Below are positions 57,713 through 64,000 of a stretch of DNA of 64,000 nucleotides, piece by piece. Position 1 is the stretch's first letter. Each line of letters starts with the position of its first letter. The translations under genes were made by a program, and so were the position numbers. The DNA comes from an uncultured bacterium (lineage in GTDB: Bacteria > Krumholzibacteriota > Krumholzibacteriia > LZORAL124-64-63): positions 64,001-128,000 of the forward strand of contig CAVSZB010000002.1 of assembly GCA_963732385.1 (NCBI GenBank). Direction: 5' to 3'. The notes beneath the pieces are model-generated. The model had not been told where the DNA came from and searched no databases. It saw only the letters and a program-made list of their open reading frames with translations.

Positions 57713-58963
57713 TCAGGCGGCTGCCGGCCTGTTCGCCGGGAAGGCCGGCAGTCGTGCCAGCAGAAGCGTGGCGACAGTCAGCATCGCGGCATGCACCAGC
57801 AGAATTTCCGTATAGCCGCCCAAACGATCCACCGCATTGGCAGTGGCCAGCGGACCGAGACCCGCACCGAGTGAGTAGGCGCTGTAGTACCAGGCATAGA
57901 TGCTGCTGAAGTGATGCAGGCCGAAATAGCGGCTGACCAGATAGGCGGTGACATCCACCTCGGCACCGGCGGCCAGGCCGGTGAGTATCCCGGCCACGAA
58001 TGCCAGCCAGCCACTGGCGCCCGATGCGAGCAGGAAGATCGCGACGATGGGTCCCAGCAAGAAGGCGATCGCCACGCGCGGCGCGAAGATGCGATCCATC
58101 AGCCAGCCGGCTGCGACACGGCCAAACACCAGCGCCACGGCAAGTATCGACAGTGCATTGGCCGCACGCATCGGCGTGACACCCCGACTGACGAGCAGCG
58201 GCACCAGATGCACCTGGATGCTGGTCACGGCGACACCGATGAGCAGAAAGACCACCAGCATCGTCCAGAAGTGGCGCGTGGCGAGCGCCTCCTTCAGGGT
58301 CAGGCCAGGTGCCGCGCCGCGGTCCGCTGGGTTGGGCTTGCTGCGCACCACGGCATCACCATCCGGCAGAAGCCCCATCGACTGCGGCGAGTCCCGCACC
58401 ACCAGCAGGACGATCGTGCCTCCGAAGACGACGATCGCCGCTGCGATCACCAGCCATGCGCTGCGCCAGCCGTAGTTATCTATGGCCCACTGCGTCAGGA
58501 TCGGCCAGGCAAAACCGCCTATGCCGACACCGGCCAGCGTCACGCCCAGCGCAAGCCCGCGCTGGCGATCGAACCACAGCGCGACGATCCGCGTGAAGGC
58601 AATGTGCGTCGTGCCGACACCGAACACGGCCAGGGCGATGTAGCGCAGATAGAAAGTGAGGAGGTTTGCGTCCTGGAAGTAGAAGGAAGCCACCAGTGCC
58701 GCCTCCAGGACCAGGCCGACCAGGATCACGCGCCTCGCGCCCAGCCTGTCCACCAGCATGCCGAAGAACGGCGCCACGAAAGTGATCGTCAGCACCGACA
58801 GGAAGAGCGCCGTGAACGCTTCAGTCTGCGACCAGCCGAACTCCTGTCGCAGCGGCGTGACAAACACGCCAAAGGTATAGGTCAGTACGGTGGCAAGACC
58901 GCAGGCGAGACCGATGCCGCAGGCAAGCGCGACATACCAGCCATAGAAGATTTTCCTGTTCAT
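57713..58963 (-). CDS. MFS transporter (OFA/MCT-like)
   Basis: GMLVDRLGARR, WFDRQRGLALG, GAEVD; about 12 TM segments. Confidence 0.92.
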   Translation of the reverse strand: MNRKIFYGWYVALACGIGLACGLATVLTYTFGVFVTPLRQEFGWSQTEAFTALFLSVLTITFVAPFFGMLVDRLGARRVILVGLVLEAALVASFYFQDANLLTFYLRYIALAVFGVGTTHIAFTRIVALWFDRQRGLALGVTLAGVGIGGFAWPILTQWAIDNYGWRSAWLVIAAAIVVFGGTIVLLVVRDSPQSMGLLPDGDAVVRSKPNPADRGAAPGLTLKEALATRHFWTMLVVFLLIGVAVTSIQVHLVPLLVSRGVTPMRAANALSILAVALVFGRVAAGWLMDRIFAPRVAIAFLLGPIVAIFLLASGASGWLAFVAGILTGLAAGAEVDVTAYLVSRYFGLHHFSSIYAWYYSAYSLGAGLGPLATANAVDRLGGYTEILLVHAAMLTVATLLLARLPAFPANRPAAA

Positions 58964-58973
58964 CCGCGCCGAC

Positions 58974-59987
58974 TCAGGTCTTGGCGTCAGACTCCGAATA
59001 CACCTGCACGTCGGTGATATTGAACAGCGACTTCCAGTCCTTGGCGATCAGCAGGTCCATCAACTCGGAGGGCTTGCCGGCCTTCTTGCGCTCCATCTCG
59101 GCATCGATGGTGATCAGCGCCTGGTCGACTTCCGGGCCAAACAGGTAGCGCAGATATTCGGTAGGCACGCGCGGCTCTTCGCTGAATCGGCCTTCAGCAT
59201 CGAAAGAGGCCGGCAGGATCGGCGGGACATAGAACACATTTGGCTCGGTGCCGAACTCGGGGTGCAGCGGCAACGCCACCTTCCACTGGTGCACGAGCTT
59301 GTGGATCGGGCCATCCAGGTCCTCGAGGAAGCCGACGAAGCGCAGACGGCCGGGACACTGGCGCGCGCAGGCCGGCGCCACGCCCTGCTCGACGCGCGGA
59401 AAGCAGAAGATGCACTTCTGCGACTTGCGCTTCACATAGTTGTAGTAAACCTTGTCATAGGGACAGGCGCGGTTGCAGAGGCGAAAGCCCTGGCACTTGT
59501 CCTGGTCGACGAGCACGATGCCGTCCTTCTCGCGCTTGTAGATCGCGCGCACCGGGCAGGCTTCGAGGCAGGCCGGCTTGGTGCAGTGGTTGCACAGGCG
59601 CGGCAGGTAGAAGTGATAGTTGTTCGGATAATCACCGGAACTGGTGTCTTCATCCCAGTTGGCACCGTACTCCATCGGCTCGGTCTGCTGCAGCCGCTCG
59701 GCCGTACCCTTGAAGTACACGTCCTCGTGATTCAGCGGGATCGGCCCGCCGTAGTTCTTCTGGTCATGCAGATCGCCGAACTGCAGCTTGCCGTCCTTCC
59801 AGCCCGACTTCGCACCCTTGGCTTCCCATTCCTTCGGATAGCCGCGACCGGGCTTGGTCTCGACATTGTTCCAGAGCATGTACTCCTGGCCTTCCTCATC
59901 GGTCCACAGCGACTTGCAGGCTGCGGTGCAGGCCTGGCAGCCGATGCACTTGTTGAGGTCGATCACCATTGCAACTTGTCTGGACAT
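58974..59987 (-). CDS. DMSO-reductase type II family Fe-S (beta) subunit (EbdB/NarH-like)
   Basis: DLNKCIGCQAC, WNNVETKP, YLPRLCNHC..PACLEACP, CPYDK, KCIFCFPR, CPGRLR, PEFGTEPNVFY. Confidence 0.95.
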   Translation of the reverse strand: MSRQVAMVIDLNKCIGCQACTAACKSLWTDEEGQEYMLWNNVETKPGRGYPKEWEAKGAKSGWKDGKLQFGDLHDQKNYGGPIPLNHEDVYFKGTAERLQQTEPMEYGANWDEDTSSGDYPNNYHFYLPRLCNHCTKPACLEACPVRAIYKREKDGIVLVDQDKCQGFRLCNRACPYDKVYYNYVKRKSQKCIFCFPRVEQGVAPACARQCPGRLRFVGFLEDLDGPIHKLVHQWKVALPLHPEFGTEPNVFYVPPILPASFDAEGRFSEEPRVPTEYLRYLFGPEVDQALITIDAEMERKKAGKPSELMDLLIAKDWKSLFNITDVQVYSESDAKT

Positions 59988-62833
59988 TTCAGGTTTCCTG
60001 GGTAATTCCTGGGGTCGCGGCTGAAGCCGCTCCTACGGCCGCTCCTACGGCCGCTCCTACGGCCGCGTCCGATGTATTTTTCGAAATTCACCGTGTGGTC
60101 GTGATAGGTCTGGTTGGGTACGTAATCGGGCGTACGGTAACCGATATGCCCGTAGTCGCCGACCAGTGAGGTGGGCTTCAGGAGACCACCGGTCGGAATC
60201 ACGCCGCTGAAGTTCTGCCGGCCGCGGAACATCATCGGGTCCCAGCCATGGAACATGAACATCTGGCCCGGCTGCATGCTGGAACTGACGTGGGCCATGG
60301 CGATGAATGCCCCCAGCTTGTTGAAAGTCCGGATCAGGTCGCCATCTTTCACCCCGCGCGCTGCGGCATCGTCCGGATTGACGTACACATCCGGCTCGCC
60401 GCGCTGCAGGCTCACCAGCAAGGCATCGTCGCGCCACATGCTGTGCACGCCGTGCCGCGCGTGGCCCATGGTCAGGCGCAGGGGATAGCCCTTGATGGCC
60501 AGCGGATCGACGTAGACCGGCAGCTCCTCGCCTTCCTGCAGGAACCAGTCGTGGTCCATGTAGAACTGCTGCCGGCCGGTCAGCGTGGCATAGGGCTTCT
60601 TGTCGCGGGTACTGGCAAGGATCTGGTAGCTGTAGGGCGCACCGGGGCCGAACTGCACATCAGCCGAATCCTCGACGCGGATGAAGCCCTTGCTGGCCAG
60701 TTCCTCGAAAGTGACCTTGGGGATGCCTGCCGAGTTGTCGAGCAGGAACTGCGCGAGATCGCGCGAATTGGTGATCTTGCCGTTGAGCGTGAACAACTCA
60801 TGCAGCCGCGCGTAATCGTGGGTGATGGGCTGGCCAAATACCACATCCTTGATTGGCGGCAGCTGACGCGCCCTGGCCTTGGCGCTGATGGACTTTGCCA
60901 GGCGCTCCATGATCGTCCAGTCATCCGCCGACTCGCCGAGCGGCGGCACGGCCTGGTCGAGCACCTGCACATAGGGCGTACGGCCTTCCTGGACAAAATC
61001 GCGTCGCTCATAGTGCTGAGCGACCGGCAGGACATAGTCGGAATACATCGCCGTGACGCTCATGTCGGGCGTCATGGTGACGATCGTTTCGAGCTTTGCC
61101 AGCACGGTTTTGCGGAAGCGCGTACCCGCCGCACGCCAGTTGGCCGTGTTGTGGCCCGCCATGATCGCCATCTTCCAGGGCGTCTTGCTGTAATCGGGCA
61201 ACCAGCCGTTCTTGATGGACTGCTGATAGTGGGTATCGATGTGATTGGCGAATTCGTCGCCATATACCTGGGCATTGAGCCCCTTGCCGTCGGCCTTGGC
61301 ATAGTCCCACACGGAGATCGCGGCGACTTTCAGGCGCGGACCCACACCTTCAAAGACGAACTTCAGCAGGCCGTCGGCCTTGCCGAGCTGCGTGGTCTGC
61401 ATGCCGCCACCAGGGCGCCCCGTATCGCCGGTGAGCGCACACATCAGCAGCCAGGCCCGATGCAGCTTGTCGCCATGCAGCCATTTGCAGGAACGGTAGC
61501 CGGCGTAAATCATGCCAGCGCCGGATTTGGCAAAGCTGCGCGCGATGGTGCGGATATTGTCGGCGTGCACGCCGGTGATCTGCTGCGCCTTTTCGGGCGT
61601 GTAGTCACGATTGCAGAGCTGGCGCGTCAGTTCAAAGACAGTGGTGACCTCGACCTTGCCCTGCGGCGTCTTGATCTTCCAGCGGCCTTCAAGCGCCGGC
61701 TTCAGGCCATTGAGCGCCAGGGTTTCCGGCTCACGCGGCACCTGCGGTGCCGCCGGATGCTGGCCATAGCCGGTGGCGGGCGCCTTTACCGGCTTGCGGG
61801 TGGCCTCGTCCCAGAAATAGAAAACGCTGTCGGCACGCTCGCCGGTTTCGCCGAAGTCGCTGGCACGCAGGAACTTCTGGTTGTCGGTGCGCACGAGGAA
61901 CGGCAGATCGGTCTGCTCGCGGATGTAGTCCCAGTCGATCAGGCGGTCGGCGATGATGGTCTGCGCCATCGCCATCGCCAGTGCCGTATCCGTGCCGGGT
62001 TTCGGATTCAGCCACTTCGAGGCGTGGATTGCCGAGGCGCTGAACTCCGGCGAAATGACCACCACTTCAGTGCCGTTGTACTTCGCTTCCCAGAAAAAAT
62101 GTGCATCGGGAATGCGCGTCGCGGCCGGGTTTGCCGCCCATACCAGGCAGCACTTTGATTTGTAGATTGCTGCCATGTTGTCGCCCGGCAATTCGTAGCC
62201 CAGCGTCATGTAGGCGCCGACCGGCAGGTCGCCGACGCCGGCGAAGGTCTCCGGCACGACGATGCCGGTGGCATTGGCGAAACGGAACATCGCGGTGAAA
62301 GATGCCTTTTTCAGGATCATCTGCGTGCCCATCGCGAAGGTGACCGAATCCGGGCCGGACTCTGTCGCGTGCTCGATGATCTTGTCGGAAATCTCGCTGA
62401 CCGCCTGGTCCCAGCCGATGCGCTCCCACTTGCCGGCACCGCGCTCGCCCACCCGTTTCATCGGGTAGAGCACACGCTGCTTGCCGTACATGTATTTGGA
62501 GTGGCGCATGCCCTTCTGGCAGCCACGCGGCCCGTAATCGGGCGTGTTCTCGTCACCGGAGCGGCCGTACTCGCCCTGCTGCTCTTCGCGCCAGACGATG
62601 CCGTTCTTGACGTATACGTTGAAGGCACAGTGCCCGGTGCAGTTGATGCCGCGACTGCCGCGCACGACCCGGTCCCAGGTCCACTTCTTGCGCATCAGGT
62701 CTTCCCAGACCCCGTACACAGGCTGCGCAGCGGCGGCCATGGCGTCACCGGGCACCATGTACTTGAGCGAGAGGGCTGCCGCCGCGACACCGGAATGTTT
62801 GAGGAACGTTCTTCTGTCAGTGGTCGCCGTCAT
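59963..62833 (-). CDS. DMSO-reductase type II family Mo-bisPGD catalytic (alpha) subunit, Tat-exported
   Basis: DRRTFLK Tat motif; NCTGHC..PRGCQKG FS0 motif; GDLP Asp ligand; HARHGVHS. True 3' end may be the TAG at 60057. Confidence 0.93.
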   Translation of the reverse strand: MTATTDRRTFLKHSGVAAAALSLKYMVPGDAMAAAAQPVYGVWEDLMRKKWTWDRVVRGSRGINCTGHCAFNVYVKNGIVWREEQQGEYGRSGDENTPDYGPRGCQKGMRHSKYMYGKQRVLYPMKRVGERGAGKWERIGWDQAVSEISDKIIEHATESGPDSVTFAMGTQMILKKASFTAMFRFANATGIVVPETFAGVGDLPVGAYMTLGYELPGDNMAAIYKSKCCLVWAANPAATRIPDAHFFWEAKYNGTEVVVISPEFSASAIHASKWLNPKPGTDTALAMAMAQTIIADRLIDWDYIREQTDLPFLVRTDNQKFLRASDFGETGERADSVFYFWDEATRKPVKAPATGYGQHPAAPQVPREPETLALNGLKPALEGRWKIKTPQGKVEVTTVFELTRQLCNRDYTPEKAQQITGVHADNIRTIARSFAKSGAGMIYAGYRSCKWLHGDKLHRAWLLMCALTGDTGRPGGGMQTTQLGKADGLLKFVFEGVGPRLKVAAISVWDYAKADGKGLNAQVYGDEFANHIDTHYQQSIKNGWLPDYSKTPWKMAIMAGHNTANWRAAGTRFRKTVLAKLETIVTMTPDMSVTAMYSDYVLPVAQHYERRDFVQEGRTPYVQVLDQAVPPLGESADDWTIMERLAKSISAKARARQLPPIKDVVFGQPITHDYARLHELFTLNGKITNSRDLAQFLLDNSAGIPKVTFEELASKGFIRVEDSADVQFGPGAPYSYQILASTRDKKPYATLTGRQQFYMDHDWFLQEGEELPVYVDPLAIKGYPLRLTMGHARHGVHSMWRDDALLVSLQRGEPDVYVNPDDAAARGVKDGDLIRTFNKLGAFIAMAHVSSSMQPGQMFMFHGWDPMMFRGRQNFSGVIPTGGLLKPTSLVGDYGHIGYRTPDYVPNQTYHDHTVNFEKYIGRGRRSGRRSGRRSGFSRDPRNYPGNLKCPDKLQW
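60015..60066. repeat. Single REP with 12-bp tandem stutters between the alpha and beta genes
   Basis: tcgcggctgaagccgctcctac ggccgctcctac ggccgctcctac ggccgc. Confidence 0.9.
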
Positions 62834-62892
62834 TGGTCGCGCTCCCGCCCCGATACCAGGTCACCGATCATAAAGTATCGAAGCTGTATGTG

Positions 62893-63996
62893 TTACAGCA
62901 AACCCGACTTCACCAGCCGCTCGATATTCGCCTCCTGCCGGCGCCGGAATACATCGCGGCTCGGCGGCTCCACGACCTTGCCATCCTGTAGCAGGAAATT
63001 CGGCTGGTGGTACTGCGCCCTGGCATAGGTGCTGGCATAGATGTCAAAGGGCTGACGCGACATCACGTTGGACATCGCGGTGCGACGCCGCGTGCGCCGC
63101 AAGGCGCCGATATCGATCACGGCATTGGAATTGAAGGCCTCGCCGCCCTGCGCGGCCTCGGCCAGCACGTGGCCGTTGAAGTCCACGATCTTCGACATCG
63201 CACTGCAGGTATAGGCCGGGATCGGCGTGTCGTCGATGCTCGCGCTGTTGGCCGCAACCACGAACACCTGGTTCTCGATGGCCCGCGCCCGCCGGCAGAC
63301 TTCCTTGATCGTGAGTTCCGCACTGCCCGGCTCGCTGGTCGGGTGGAGGATCACTTCGGCACCACGCAGCGCGAGGCAGCGCGTGATCTCCGGGTAGAGG
63401 ATTTCCTCGGAAGCGATGGTGCCAAGGTTGCCGATCTCGGTCTTTGCAACCGGGAACACGCTCTCCTCACCGTAGATGCCCAGGTACTTGTCCCAGACAT
63501 CGTGCGGGGTCGGCTCAAAGCAGGAGGTGAGGCGGCGATAACGCAGAATCACATTGCCGTTCGGGCCGATGATGAAGCAGGTCTGGAAATACAGCTCCGG
63601 GAAGTGCGGATCGATTTCATACACGTTGCCGGACAGGTACAGGTTGTTGGCCTGGGCGATCTTGCCGAGCGCCTCGTACTCCGGACCGTTCTGCTCCAGG
63701 CAGGCACGGTCACGCCACTCCTGCACCGACTCGCGCATCGGGAAGCCGGTCAGGGTGTACTCGGGCAGGGCCACCAGCCTGACAGGCAGACCATAAAAGA
63801 AACGCAGGAAGTTGGCCGCGGTGGTGGTGAACTCGCCGATGCGCCGGATGTTCTCGTCGATCTTCGCGCGGGATGATGCCCGGTCCGTACACCGATTGAC
63901 GCCCTTGACTGAAACCTGGAGCGCAACGCCGATGAATTCCGGTCCGTCCTGCGTGCCGCTGGCCGGTGCCACACCAGCCTGATGATGATCCGCCAT
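62893..63996 (-). CDS. Nitrilase/carbon-nitrogen hydrolase fold protein with non-canonical triad
   Basis: LVALPEY (Glu), ILRYRRL (Arg at the Lys position), GTIASEEILYPE (Ser at the Cys position), RARAIENQ. Confidence 0.88.
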   Translation of the reverse strand: MADHHQAGVAPASGTQDGPEFIGVALQVSVKGVNRCTDRASSRAKIDENIRRIGEFTTTAANFLRFFYGLPVRLVALPEYTLTGFPMRESVQEWRDRACLEQNGPEYEALGKIAQANNLYLSGNVYEIDPHFPELYFQTCFIIGPNGNVILRYRRLTSCFEPTPHDVWDKYLGIYGEESVFPVAKTEIGNLGTIASEEILYPEITRCLALRGAEVILHPTSEPGSAELTIKEVCRRARAIENQVFVVAANSASIDDTPIPAYTCSAMSKIVDFNGHVLAEAAQGGEAFNSNAVIDIGALRRTRRRTAMSNVMSRQPFDIYASTYARAQYHQPNFLLQDGKVVEPPSRDVFRRRQEANIERLVKSGLL

Positions 63997-64000
63997 GTCG

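Noticed and set aside
16082..60066. CRISPR array interpretation of the repeated GTAGGAGCG units
   Set aside because: Copies are dispersed, inverted and palindromic, with no regular unique spacers and no cas genes; they fit REP elements.
62884..62898. LexA (SOS) box CTGT-N-ACAG
   Set aside because: Spacer is 7 nt rather than 8, it overlaps the nitrilase stop codon, and the context is not SOS-related.

Overview
GC-rich bacterial chromosomal segment, most consistent with an environmental gammaproteobacterium (inference from erpA-grxD, ldtD/mepK, mrcB plus an LpoP-like lipoprotein, VPLPA-CTERM proteins and GTAG-type REPs). Housekeeping genes (crtY/crtI, hsp20, a trans-sulfuration enzyme, typA, purU, DAHP synthase, erpA, grxD, lemA, mrcB, sua5/tsaC) are interleaved with a largely uncharacterised, partly periplasmic catabolic toolkit. 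Its parts are: (i) an 11-kb cluster at 15.1-26.4 kb (beta-propeller, two exported SDRs, Rieske oxygenase, MFS, DUF4437-like cupin, small protein, PuuE-like deacetylase, NicF-like amidohydrolase, hypothetical protein, TonB receptor); (ii) a Tat DUF1838-like protein with a divergent Tat flavin amine oxidase; (iii) a TetR-Rieske-SDR cassette bounded by a ~32-bp direct repeat; (iv) an operon of a nitrilase-fold protein with an altered Glu-Arg-Ser triad, a type II DMSO-reductase-family Mo enzyme (alpha+beta) and an MFS. Together these are the best candidate for an undescribed pathway; a tetrapyrrole or other N-heterocycle substrate is a hypothesis only. Non-coding features: five REP/REPIN loci that supply TAG stop codons and carry tandem stutters of their 5' end, a second dispersed element built of 9-bp tandem units, a 73-nt four-way-junction element beside an AT-rich GlyGly-CTERM gene, a TetR operator and an unannotated 37-aa membrane ORF. 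Several genes carry single-base frameshifts, probably sequencing/assembly indels. No rRNA, canonical tRNA, CRISPR array, integrase or transposase was found. Domain names are recognised from motifs, not from database searches.
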